From Gemmatimonadota bacterium (lineage in GTDB: Bacteria > Gemmatimonadota > Gemmatimonadetes > Gemmatimonadales > Gemmatimonadaceae), in NCBI GenBank assembly GCA_025362095.1, contig JANYIJ010000100.1, forward strand, positions 775-64,774: DNA of 64,000 nucleotides, read 5' to 3'. The notes beneath the pieces are model-generated. The model was given only the letters and a program-made list of their open reading frames with translations, searched no databases and was not told where the DNA came from. Numbering within the stretch: the first letter of the stretch is position 1; each line of letters begins with the position of its first letter. A program made the translations under genes and the position numbers. Positions 1-8,248 of this stretch are shown in pieces.

Positions 1-363
1 GTGGCCGAGGCCGCGGGGTGGTACGATGCCGGGCAGGTAGACACGATTATCGCGACGAACGGCGTGATGCTCAGCAAAGGCCGCGCGCGAAAGCCCGCGG
101 GGTTGACGGACTGCACCATCGTTGAGCCCGTCTATATAGAAGACGACGTCACGCTCACGGGATCGACGATCGGGCCGAACGTTTCGATTTCAGAAGGAAC
201 GAGCATCACGCACTCCAGCGTGCGCGACTCGATCGTCGGCAGGTTGGTGAAGATCGAGAGCAGCGTGCTTGGCGGATCGCTCGTGGGTGATCACGCGGTG
301 ATTTCGCGGGTGAAAGGAACGGTATCAATGGGCGAGTACTCCGAGGCCAGGGGGACCGAATGA
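1..363 (+). CDS. C-terminal fragment of a sugar-phosphate nucleotidyltransferase-like protein (left-handed beta-helix tail). The 5' end lies outside the window.
   Basis: ORF is open at the window edge. It has hexapeptide-repeat-like periodicity (VTLTGSTIGPNVSISEGTSITHSSV, SVLGGSLVGDHAVISRV). Its stop overlaps the next start (ATGA at 360-363). Confidence 0.55.
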   Translation: MAEAAGWYDAGQVDTIIATNGVMLSKGRARKPAGLTDCTIVEPVYIEDDVTLTGSTIGPNVSISEGTSITHSSVRDSIVGRLVKIESSVLGGSLVGDHAVISRVKGTVSMGEYSEARGTE

Positions 364-1733
364 GCGAACTTTCTCGGCGCGATCTGCTGAAAGGTGCGGC
401 GCTCGCGGGTTTGGGCGTCGCCGCTGGTGGCGCCTTTCAGCCGGCGATCGCAGAGAATATTGACGCGATCGCGCATCCAGATCTCGCGCCGCCGGCGCCG
501 GCGCGCAGGCAGACGATGCGGCGCGTGCCGTTCGAGCGGCACGCGACGGTTCGCATCGGGATGGTGGGCACGGGGTTGCGCGGGCGATCGGTGCTGAACG
601 AGCTGCTCGGGCTGGAGAATGTAAAGATCGTCGCGATCAGCGATGTCGTCGCGGACAAAATGGCGAAGGCCACCAAGATGATCACCGACGCGGGCCACGC
701 GGCGCCGGCGACTTATGGAAACGGCGATCACGCATTTGAAGAGCTCGTGAAGCGCGAAGATATCGACTTCGTTTACACGGCGACGCCGTGGGAATGGCAC
801 GTGCCCGTGATGCTCGCCGCGCTGAACGCAGGGAAGCACTGCGGCAGCGAGTGCCCGATCGGCACCACTCTCAAGGATCTGTGGGCGCTGGTCGATGCAT
901 CGGAAAAAGCGCGCAGGCACTGCCTGCATCTCGAGAACTGCTGCTACGGCGAGACCGAGATGATGGTGAACCGCATGGTGCACGACGGAGTGTTCGGCGA
1001 GATGCTGCACGCCGAGGCTGCGTATCTGCACGACCTGCGCGAGATTCTATTCGAGACACGCGACGAAGGAGTCTGGCGCAGGGCGTGGCACACGCGCGCA
1101 AACGCGAACCTGTATCCCACGCACGGGCTCGGGCCGGTGGCGTGGTACCTGGATATTCACGCCGGCGATCGTTTCGATTATATCGCGTCGGTGGCGGGTC
1201 CCGAGCGCGGGCTCGAGGTGTATCGCGAGGCCACGGTGAAGGATCACGCCGATCCAAAGTGGCAAGAGCACTATGTGACCGGCGATCACAACACGTCGAT
1301 CATCCGCACGGTGAAGGGCAGGACGATCATGCTGCAGCACGATGTGTCGAACCCGCGGCCGTACACCCGCCACAATCGCGTGCAGGGTACCAAGGGCGCG
1401 TTCGAGGACTATCCGCCGCGCGTGTACGTGGAAGGGCAGAAGGGTGGTGAGCGCTGGGCGACGATCGATTCGTGGAAGGCCACGCACACGCATCCGTTGT
1501 GGGCCCAACTTGGTGAGAAGGCCAAGAATGGCGGTCACGGCGGGATGGATTTCGTGATGGCGTATCGTCTCGTGCAGTGTCTGCACGAGGGGCTCGTGCC
1601 CGATTACGACGTGTACGATGCAGCCGCATGGAGCGCGCCGTTTCCGCTCACGGAGATGTCGGTCGCGAAGGGATCAGCTCCCATGAAATTCCCCGACTTC
1701 ACGCGCGGCGATTGGGATAGGGCGCGGGTTTGA
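360..1733 (+). CDS. TAT-exported Gfo/Idh/MocA-fold NAD-dependent glycosidase, GH109 (alpha-N-acetylgalactosaminidase)-like
   Basis: Twin-arginine leader SRRDLLKGAALAGLGVAAGGAF. Rossmann motif IGMVGTGLRGRS. The GH109-like core includes TATPWEWH, LENCCYG, AAYLHDLR and YPTHGLGP. Confidence 0.8.
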   Translation: MSELSRRDLLKGAALAGLGVAAGGAFQPAIAENIDAIAHPDLAPPAPARRQTMRRVPFERHATVRIGMVGTGLRGRSVLNELLGLENVKIVAISDVVADKMAKATKMITDAGHAAPATYGNGDHAFEELVKREDIDFVYTATPWEWHVPVMLAALNAGKHCGSECPIGTTLKDLWALVDASEKARRHCLHLENCCYGETEMMVNRMVHDGVFGEMLHAEAAYLHDLREILFETRDEGVWRRAWHTRANANLYPTHGLGPVAWYLDIHAGDRFDYIASVAGPERGLEVYREATVKDHADPKWQEHYVTGDHNTSIIRTVKGRTIMLQHDVSNPRPYTRHNRVQGTKGAFEDYPPRVYVEGQKGGERWATIDSWKATHTHPLWAQLGEKAKNGGHGGMDFVMAYRLVQCLHEGLVPDYDVYDAAAWSAPFPLTEMSVAKGSAPMKFPDFTRGDWDRARV

Positions 1734-1750
1734 TAGAGAAAACGACAATT

Positions 1751-1815
1751 TTGCCGCAGGTCTACGCGGGAACTACGCGGGTCGATCTGCGCGAACCTGC
1801 GGCAACCTGCGGCAA
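1751..1815. promoter_or_regulatory. Cluster of short direct and inverted repeats upstream of the symporter gene (candidate operator or RNA hairpin)
   Basis: ttgccgcagg (1751-1760) is the reverse complement of cctgcggcaa. That 10-mer occurs twice in tandem (1796-1805, 1806-1815). Between them ctacgcggg is directly repeated (about 1762-1781). Confidence 0.3.
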
Positions 1816-1824
1816 GAATTTCTG

Positions 1825-3603
1825 ATGACTAGTGGATTTCGCTTTGCGCCGATCGATATTGGCATCATCGCGGCGAGCATCGTGATTTCGTTTCTGCCCG
1901 CGATATTCTTTGCCAAACGCGCGGGACAGAACACGTCGCAGTTCTTCACGGCCGGCCGCTCTGCGCCGTGGTGGCTGGTGGGCGTCTCGATGGTCGCGAC
2001 GACATTCAGCACCGACACGCCGAACCTCGTCACCAACATGGTGCGAGATGTCGGCGTCTCCGAGAACTGGCTCTGGTGGAGCTTTTTGCTCACCGGCATG
2101 CTCACCGTGTTTTTCTACGCGCGACTCTGGCGCCGGTCCGGCGTGCTCACGGATCTCGAGTTTTATGAGATCAGGTACTCGGGAAAGGCGGCGACTGCGC
2201 TCCGCGGATTTCGCGCGATCTACCTCGGCCTGTTTTTCAATTGCATGATCATGGCCACGGTGAATCTCGCTGCGGCCAAGATCGCGAACGTGGTGCTCGG
2301 CTGGCCCATGGGCCGCACACTCGCCGTGTGCGGCGTGATGACGATCTTTTTCGCGTCGGTCAGCGGACTGTGGGGAGTTCTGGTGACGGACTCGATCCAG
2401 TTCATGATCACCATGAGCGGGACATTCGCCGTGACGTACTACGCGCTGAAGCAGCCCGCGGTCGGCGGCATCGCCGGTCTGCTCTCAAAGGTGCCTTCGA
2501 AATCGCTTGCGCTTCTGCCCGACTTCGGCGACTGGTCGGTCGCGCTCGCGGTGTTCGTGATTCCGCTTACGGTGCAGTGGTGGTCGGTGTGGTATCCCGG
2601 CGCGGAGCCCGGCGGCGGGAGTTATATCGCGCAGCGGATGCTCGCGTCGCGCTCCGAGAAGGACGCCGTCACGGGGACGCTGCTGTTCAACGTGATGCAC
2701 TACGCGCTGCGGCCCTGGCCGTGGATTCTCACTGCGCTCGCGTCCACGCTCGTGTTCCCAACGCTGCGCGATATCGCGGCGGCGCTGCCGTATGTAGACA
2801 AGTCGCTGATTGGGAACGACATCGCCTATCCGGCGATGATGAGCTTTCTCCCGGCAGGATTTCTCGGTCTCGTGGTTGCCGGCACGCTTGCCGCGTACCG
2901 CTCGACGATCGAGACGCATCTCAACTGGGGCACGTCGTATCTCGTGCACGATTTTTATCGCCGCTTTCTGAGAAAGGGCGAGAGCGAGAAGCACTACGTG
3001 CTCGTGGGCCGGCTCACAACGGCTGGCCTGATGATTTGCGCCGGCCTGCTCACCTACGCACTCGGCACCGCGAAAGAAGCGTTCGACTTGATTCTCTCCG
3101 TAGGCGCCGGCACCGGTCTCATCTACCTGCTGCGATGGTTCTGGTGGCGCGTGAGCGCGTGGAGCGAGATCGCGGCGATGGCGAGCTCGTTCATTGTTGC
3201 GCTCGGATTTTTCATCGGGCGTAAGAATGGGCTCGATGTTGCACCGCACATTTCGCTGCTGGTGACAGTCGGAGTCACGACTGTCGTGTGGGTCGCCGTC
3301 ACGCTGCTCGCACCGCCAACGGATCGCGTGACACTCGTGCGCTTCTACGAGCTCGTGCGCCCTTCCGGCGCGGGGTGGGCAACGATACGAAAAGATTCTG
3401 CAGCTACACCCGCGCCTGATTCGCTCGCGCAGGGCGTGCTCGGCTGGGTCTGCGGCTGCTCCTTTGTATACTCCGCGCTCTTTGGCACGGGCTCGTTGAT
3501 CTATGGCAGGATGCCGCAGTTCTATCTGTGGCTCGCCATATTCTCACTGAGCGGCTTTGGTATGTGGCGCGTACTGCGCGGGTTCTGGCCGGCGGGGAAG
3601 TGA
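1825..3603 (+). CDS. Sodium:solute symporter (SSS) family transporter
   Basis: 592 aa, about 13 hydrophobic segments. Typical SSS N-terminus (FFTAGRSAPWWLVGVSMVATTFSTDTP) and the YIAQRMLASRSEKDA motif. Confidence 0.85.
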   Translation: MTSGFRFAPIDIGIIAASIVISFLPAIFFAKRAGQNTSQFFTAGRSAPWWLVGVSMVATTFSTDTPNLVTNMVRDVGVSENWLWWSFLLTGMLTVFFYARLWRRSGVLTDLEFYEIRYSGKAATALRGFRAIYLGLFFNCMIMATVNLAAAKIANVVLGWPMGRTLAVCGVMTIFFASVSGLWGVLVTDSIQFMITMSGTFAVTYYALKQPAVGGIAGLLSKVPSKSLALLPDFGDWSVALAVFVIPLTVQWWSVWYPGAEPGGGSYIAQRMLASRSEKDAVTGTLLFNVMHYALRPWPWILTALASTLVFPTLRDIAAALPYVDKSLIGNDIAYPAMMSFLPAGFLGLVVAGTLAAYRSTIETHLNWGTSYLVHDFYRRFLRKGESEKHYVLVGRLTTAGLMICAGLLTYALGTAKEAFDLILSVGAGTGLIYLLRWFWWRVSAWSEIAAMASSFIVALGFFIGRKNGLDVAPHISLLVTVGVTTVVWVAVTLLAPPTDRVTLVRFYELVRPSGAGWATIRKDSAATPAPDSLAQGVLGWVCGCSFVYSALFGTGSLIYGRMPQFYLWLAIFSLSGFGMWRVLRGFWPAGK

Positions 3604-4745
3604 CCGCGCCGCGCGCCGAGTCGCGGGAGTACTTCGTGCCCGGCCGCGTGGAACTCGTCGGAAAACATGTCGACTACGCGGGCGGCCGCTCGCTCACGAT
3701 CGCGACGGAGCTCGCGATCAAGGCGCGCGCGACGCCGATCGATGAACCCGTGATCCGTTTGCGTCGCGCCGCGGGCGAAGTAGAGATGGACGTCGCACTC
3801 TCGCCCGATGCCGTGCCGACGAAGCTTCGCTCGAGCGCGTATGTCACCGCCATCGCGAGAAGGTTTGCACGCGACTTTCCGCACGCGCGGAAGGGAGTCG
3901 CAGTCGAGTTGCAGAGCAATCTCCCTACCTCGGCGGGATTGAGCAGCAGCACGGCGCTGGTGGTCACGCTTGCGATGGCGTTCGTCGATGCGAATGATCT
4001 CGCGCACGATGAGCGATGGCAGACTGCGGTTCCCACGCCGATCGCATTTGCGGAATACCTCGGCGCGATCGAAACTGGCGCAGCGTACGGAGACTTTCCC
4101 GGCGACGGCGGTGTTGGCGTTCGGGGCGGCTCGCAGGATCACGTCGCGATCGTGTGCGGGGAGGAGGGAAGCGCGGGCCAGTTTCGATATCTTCCGGCGC
4201 AACTCGAGCGGCGCATCCCGTGGCCCGAGGACTACGTGATCGCGCTCGGTGTGAGCGGCGTGCACGCGACCAAGACCGGCAATGCGCAGGCCGCATACAA
4301 TCGGCTGGCAGACGCGATGCGGCCGAGGATCGAAGACCGAGGACCGAAGACCGAGCACTCGTCCGAGGTACTCGAACGCCGCGCACAGTTCCGCGAGGAG
4401 ACCGAGGTGATCGTTCCCGGTGTCGGCGACGCGATCCGCGACCGCGACTGGAGCGAACTCGGACCACTCGTCGATCGCTCTCAGTTCCTCGCCGAGACTG
4501 TGCTCGGCAATCAGGTTGCCGAGACGATTCATCTCGCGCGATCGGCGCGTGAGCACGGTGCGATCGCCGCGTCAGCGTTCGGCGGCGGATTCGGCGGCGC
4601 GGTGTGGGCGATGGTGGGCGCAGAGGAGGCGGAGCGGTTCTTGGCGGCGTGGCGCGCGGCGTACGATCGAGCGTTTCCGAATCGAAAGTCGCGAGCGAAG
4701 TGGTCGGTGACGCGCGCGGCGGGGGCGGCGAGGCGGGTGCGGTAG
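3600..4745 (+). CDS. GHMP-family sugar kinase, galactokinase-like
   Basis: Galactokinase-type N-terminal signature GRVELVGKHVDYAGG. GHMP ATP motif NLPTSAGLSSSTALVV. C-terminal SAFGGGFGGAVWAMV. I place the start at the in-frame GTG at 3600, overlapping the symporter stop (GTGA). The track ORF from 3528 would overlap the symporter by 76 nt. Confidence 0.8.
   Translation: MTAPRAESREYFVPGRVELVGKHVDYAGGRSLTIATELAIKARATPIDEPVIRLRRAAGEVEMDVALSPDAVPTKLRSSAYVTAIARRFARDFPHARKGVAVELQSNLPTSAGLSSSTALVVTLAMAFVDANDLAHDERWQTAVPTPIAFAEYLGAIETGAAYGDFPGDGGVGVRGGSQDHVAIVCGEEGSAGQFRYLPAQLERRIPWPEDYVIALGVSGVHATKTGNAQAAYNRLADAMRPRIEDRGPKTEHSSEVLERRAQFREETEVIVPGVGDAIRDRDWSELGPLVDRSQFLAETVLGNQVAETIHLARSAREHGAIAASAFGGGFGGAVWAMVGAEEAERFLAAWRAAYDRAFPNRKSRAKWSVTRAAGAARRVR
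4321..4355. repeat. Imperfect 7-nt tandem repeat (about 5 units of RRMYCGA) inside the sugar-kinase coding sequence. 22 nt of it recur exactly at 8220-8241 on the other strand.
   Basis: ggccga|ggatcga|agaccga|ggaccga|agaccga. The 22-mer aagaccgaggaccgaagaccga at 4333-4354 equals the reverse complement of 8220-8241. Confidence 0.8.
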
Positions 4746-4813
4746 CTGCGGCGCGGCGTGTTGAACACGATCGCTTGCGCCCGCTGGCATTCAGGACGAG
4801 CATCAGTGCACGC

Positions 4814-6385
4814 ATGCAAACCCCACTGACCCCTCTCGAGTTCGCCCGCCGCGCCCGTTCGCTCTACGGTGATCGCCCGGCCGTAGTCGACGGCGACCAG
4901 CGCTGGACCTACTCACAGTTCTTTGATCGCTGCGACCGTTGGTCGAGCGCACTCCAACAACTCGGCGTCGCCCCAGGCGACCGTGTCGCATACATCGCGC
5001 CAAACACGCACGCGCATCTCGAGGCGTTCTACGCCGTGCCGCAGATCGGCGCCGTGGTGGTGCCGCTCAATTTCCGCCTCCTGCCGAGCGACTGGGTATA
5101 CCTGGTGAACCACTCCGGGAGCCGCGTGGTCTGCGTGCACTCGGAGTTCCTCGACATCGTGGACGCCGTGCGGCACGAGATGCCCGCCGTCGAGCACTTC
5201 GTCGCGCTCGAAGGTGCGAGGGCGGGGTGGCTCGACTATGAGCAACTCGTGGCAGCGGCTTTGCCTGAGTTCGCCCGCGCGGAGATCGCGGAGGGAGCGC
5301 TGCTCGCGATCAACTACACGAGCGGCACGACGGCGAATCCCAAGGGCGTGATGATCACGCATCGCAATGCGTGGGTGAACGCGGTCGGCACGCTGCTGCA
5401 CAGCCCCATGACGTGCGCCGACCGGTATCTGTGGACGCTGCCGATGTTCCACGCCAATGGATGGACGTTTGTCTGGATCGTCACGGCGGCGGGTGGCACG
5501 CACGTCTGCGCCAGAAAAGTCGATGCGCCCAATGTGTACCGTTTGCTCGGAACTGAGCGCATCACGATGCTCTGCGCCGCGCCGACCGTGCTCATCATGA
5601 TCGCGAGCGCACCCGACGAGCTTCGGTTGAACGCACCGCGTGGTGTGCGCGTGGTTACGGCCGGCGCTCCGCCGGCGGCGCATACGATCGAGCGCGTGGA
5701 GAACGAGCTGGGCTGGACCATCCTCCAGGTGTACGGACTCACCGAAACGGCTCCGCTGATCAGCGTGTGCGAACCGCGCCCGGAGCACGCGGCTCTCTCA
5801 CCCGGCGAGCGCGCGAAGGTGAAGGCGATGCAGGGTGTAGAGTTGATCACATCGGGTCATCTCCGTGTGGTTGACGAGCAGTTCGACGACGTGCCGCGAG
5901 ATGGTGCGACGGTGGGCGAAATCGTCGTGCGTGGCAACGTCGTGATGGAGGGATATTTCCGCGATCCGGAGGCGACGGCGCGCGCGTTCGACGGCGGCTG
6001 GTTCCACTCTGGTGACGCGGCCGTGGTGCATGCGGACGGCTACATGGAGATTCGCGATCGCTTGAAGGACGTCATCATCAGCGGCGGCGAGAACATTTCG
6101 TCGATCGAGGTGGAAGGAGTTCTCGTGCGTCACCCATCGGTGCACGAAGTGGCCGTGGTGGGAATGCCGCACGAGAAGTGGGGTGAGGCGCCGTTTGCAT
6201 TTGTGGTGCTCAAGCCCGGCGCGACGCTCACCGAGGACGAACTGCGTGATTTCGCGCGCGCCCGTCTGGCCGGGTTCAAGATTCCGAAGGGCGTGACGAT
6301 CGTTCCGGAGTTGCCGAAGACCGCAACGGGAAAGATTCAGAAGTACGTGCTGCGCGGCGGGCGGGCGGCGATTACGCGGCAATGA
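4814..6385 (+). CDS. AMP-dependent acyl-CoA synthetase/ligase
   Basis: AMP-binding motifs YTSGTTANPKGV, TYGLTE-like VYGLTETAP, GWFHSGD and PKTATGKIQK. Start set at ATG 4814 (MQTPLTPLEFARRA). The upstream 70 codons of the track ORF are Gly/Arg-rich and overlap the kinase gene. Confidence 0.9.
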   Translation: MQTPLTPLEFARRARSLYGDRPAVVDGDQRWTYSQFFDRCDRWSSALQQLGVAPGDRVAYIAPNTHAHLEAFYAVPQIGAVVVPLNFRLLPSDWVYLVNHSGSRVVCVHSEFLDIVDAVRHEMPAVEHFVALEGARAGWLDYEQLVAAALPEFARAEIAEGALLAINYTSGTTANPKGVMITHRNAWVNAVGTLLHSPMTCADRYLWTLPMFHANGWTFVWIVTAAGGTHVCARKVDAPNVYRLLGTERITMLCAAPTVLIMIASAPDELRLNAPRGVRVVTAGAPPAAHTIERVENELGWTILQVYGLTETAPLISVCEPRPEHAALSPGERAKVKAMQGVELITSGHLRVVDEQFDDVPRDGATVGEIVVRGNVVMEGYFRDPEATARAFDGGWFHSGDAAVVHADGYMEIRDRLKDVIISGGENISSIEVEGVLVRHPSVHEVAVVGMPHEKWGEAPFAFVVLKPGATLTEDELRDFARARLAGFKIPKGVTIVPELPKTATGKIQKYVLRGGRAAITRQ

Positions 6386-6398
6386 GCTCCGAGAATCG

Positions 6399-6794
6399 CT
6401 ATGGCCGCGCGAACCCGTCTTCCTTCAGCAGCGCCTTGTCGAACGTGGCCACCGAGTCGCATCCCGCGGCGGTGGCATCCTCGCGGATGACGTAATCGGC
6501 GAAGTCCCCCTTACCCGACGCGAATGCCTCGAGGGCGCGCAAGAGCACATCGCTCGCGCGAAACGTCAGCTGACGCGCGTGCAGCACTTTCCGCAGCATC
6601 GCGACGATTTCAGCGTTCGGGAATCGATAGCTGGTAGACAGCACCCACACGACTTCGCACAGCACGATGTCGGAAACGAAGAGCTGCTCGTCCATTCGCC
6701 CTGCTCGCGCGATCAGCGAAGTCGCAGCACGAGTCTGCGCTTCGTCGTCCTCGACCAGGAATCGCACGAGGACATTGGTGTCGAGGGCGATCAC
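6399..6794 (-). CDS. vapC: PIN-domain toxin (VapC-type ribonuclease)
   Basis: 131 aa. MIALDTNVLVRFLVEDD carries the N-terminal acidic PIN residue. It sits directly downstream of an AbrB-type antitoxin gene. GTG start. Confidence 0.85.
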   Translation of the reverse strand: MIALDTNVLVRFLVEDDEAQTRAATSLIARAGRMDEQLFVSDIVLCEVVWVLSTSYRFPNAEIVAMLRKVLHARQLTFRASDVLLRALEAFASGKGDFADYVIREDATAAGCDSVATFDKALLKEDGFARP

Positions 6795-6801
6795 CGTCCG
6801 G

Positions 6802-7044
6802 TCACCGCTCGCGAGTTGCTGCCGCGCGGATGGCCTGATTCATCTGCTCTACGGTCACGCCGTGCTTTCGCGGGCGCATCGCGCCCTTGAGTTCCATGAG
6901 GTCGACCGTGTCTGCCTCGACGACAATGACGCCGCCCTCGATCGCCCGGAAGCTGACCCGGTCGCCCGGCTGCAGGCCGAGTTGCTCGCGCACGGCCTTG
7001 GGGAGGGTGATTTGGCCCTTGTATGTCACGGTGGCTTTGGACAT
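6802..7044 (-). CDS. vapB: AbrB/SpoVT/MazE-fold antitoxin (VapB-type)
   Basis: 80 aa. The looped-hinge-helix signature KGQITLPKAVREQLGLQPGDRV is present. A 7-nt gap separates it from vapC. Confidence 0.85.
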   Translation of the reverse strand: MSKATVTYKGQITLPKAVREQLGLQPGDRVSFRAIEGGVIVVEADTVDLMELKGAMRPRKHGVTVEQMNQAIRAAATRER

Positions 7045-7048
7045 GCGC

Positions 7049-7081
7049 CTTACTCTCTGTAAGATTCCTTACCAAAGGTAA
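7049..7081. promoter_or_regulatory. Two adjacent perfect palindromes sharing TTAC/GTAA half-sites, immediately upstream of vapB (candidate autoregulatory operator)
   Basis: CTTAC-TCTCT-GTAAG at 7049-7063 and TTACC-AAA-GGTAA at 7069-7081. They lie 5-37 nt upstream of the vapB ATG (7044, minus strand). Confidence 0.45.
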
Positions 7082-7106
7082 TGCGGCCGTATCCTGATGT
7101 CAATCG

Positions 7107-8105
7107 CTACCGCGTTGCGAGCGCCGCGACCTCTTCGCGAACCGGCATCGCAGGAGTCGTTCCGTATCGCGTCACGCAAATCGCCGCCGCGGCGCATCCG
7201 AATCGGACCGCCTCCAGGATCTCCGCCCCTTCGGCGAGCGCCACTGCGAGCCCGCCATTGAACGCGTCGCCCGCGCCGGTGGTTTCCAGCACCGTCCCTG
7301 CGTGGAACGCCGGAACGTGCTCCGTAATTGTGGCTGTCTTGACGAGTGCGCCGCCCTCGCCGAGCGTCACGATCACGCCGCGTGCCCCCCGGGCGAGCAA
7401 CACTTCGGCCGCCCGCGCCGCACTCTCTGCGTTTGTCACTCTCACGCCGGTGAGTTGCGTCGCCTCGGTCTCGTTCGGCGTGATGTAGCCGCACAGCGGG
7501 TAGATGTCATCGTCGAGCAGCTGTGCGGGCGCAGGATTCAGGATCGTCGGGACGCCGAGGCTCGCGGCGAGCGCGAGCCCGTGTCGCACGATGCCCGTCG
7601 GCAGCTCGAGGCAGGTCATGAACATCGCCGACTCAGCGATCGCGTCGTGCGCCATGTCGATTTCGTCACGAGTGATATGAAAGCCAGAGCCGGGCACGAC
7701 GACGATCGCGTTGTCGCCTGTCTTTTCATTCACCGTGATCGTCGACGATCCGGTATCGAACTCCGCGGTATCTATCACGAACCGCGTGTCGATCCCTTCG
7801 TCGGCCCACGTGCGTCGCGCGAGGTTGCCGAACTCGTCGAGTCCGATCTTGCTGATGATGCTCACGCTCGCGCCGAGGCGCGCGGCGGCGACGGCCTGGT
7901 TGGAACCCTTGCCGCCCGGGCCCATGCGAAACGCGCTGCCGAGCACCGTCTCGCCCCACATCGGCAGGCGGTCAGCGCGGAAGGCGAGGTCGGCGACGAA
8001 CGTGCCGGCGATCGTGATGCGCGCCGGAGCGCCTGCCCGAGCTAGCAGCAGCGCGACCCCGGCGTTGAGTAGCGCGCGGTCAGCTGCTCGTCGAGAAACT
8101 CCCAC
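7107..8105 (-). CDS. rbsK: Ribokinase / PfkB-family carbohydrate kinase
   Basis: ITIAGTFVADL...GETVLGSAFRMGPGGKGSNQAVAAARLG is the ribokinase N-terminal signature. C-terminal TTGAGDAFNGGLAVAL is the PfkB signature 2. The start is uncertain. The only canonical in-frame start upstream of the conserved N-terminus is GTG at 8105, which overlaps ybdD by 64 nt. Confidence 0.8.
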   Translation of the reverse strand: MGVSRRAADRALLNAGVALLLARAGAPARITIAGTFVADLAFRADRLPMWGETVLGSAFRMGPGGKGSNQAVAAARLGASVSIISKIGLDEFGNLARRTWADEGIDTRFVIDTAEFDTGSSTITVNEKTGDNAIVVVPGSGFHITRDEIDMAHDAIAESAMFMTCLELPTGIVRHGLALAASLGVPTILNPAPAQLLDDDIYPLCGYITPNETEATQLTGVRVTNAESAARAAEVLLARGARGVIVTLGEGGALVKTATITEHVPAFHAGTVLETTGAGDAFNGGLAVALAEGAEILEAVRFGCAAAAICVTRYGTTPAMPVREEVAALATR

Positions 8106-8248
8106 TCGGTCAGCACCGTGCACTCGCGGTGCTTCTCCGCCATGTGGCGCAGATACGCGGAGTAGTCCGGCGCACCGATGATGCGCCGGACCACCGCGTT
8201 GATGCGCGCGAGCGTCGTTTCGGTCTTCGGTCCTCGGTCTTTGGTCAC
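8042..8248 (-). CDS. ybdD: YbdD/YjiX-family small protein (CstA-associated, DUF466)
   Basis: 68 aa. It carries the family hallmark IGAPDYSAYLRHMAEKH...EWEFLDEQL..RY...SRCC at the C-terminus. The GTG start at 8248 overlaps the peptidase stop (GTGA). Confidence 0.8.
   Translation of the reverse strand: MTKDRGPKTETTLARINAVVRRIIGAPDYSAYLRHMAEKHRECTVLTEWEFLDEQLTARYSTPGSRCC

Noticed and set aside
291-1031. 246-aa minus-strand ORF overlapping the GH109-like gene. The many similar long antisense ORFs include 19738-21393(-), 22699-24234(-), 32857-34827(-), 35929-37140(-), 40836-42512(-), 42314-43897(+), 49804-50364(-) and 56635-58065(+).
   Set aside because: All are Arg/Ala/Pro/His-rich with no recognisable motifs. 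All lie opposite or out of frame to genes with clear family signatures. Long stop-free shadow frames are expected at this G+C content.
6399-7044. vapBC as a marker of a mobile or genomic island
   Set aside because: There is no integrase, transposase, tRNA target, flanking direct repeats or visible compositional shift. It looks like a solitary chromosomal TA pair.
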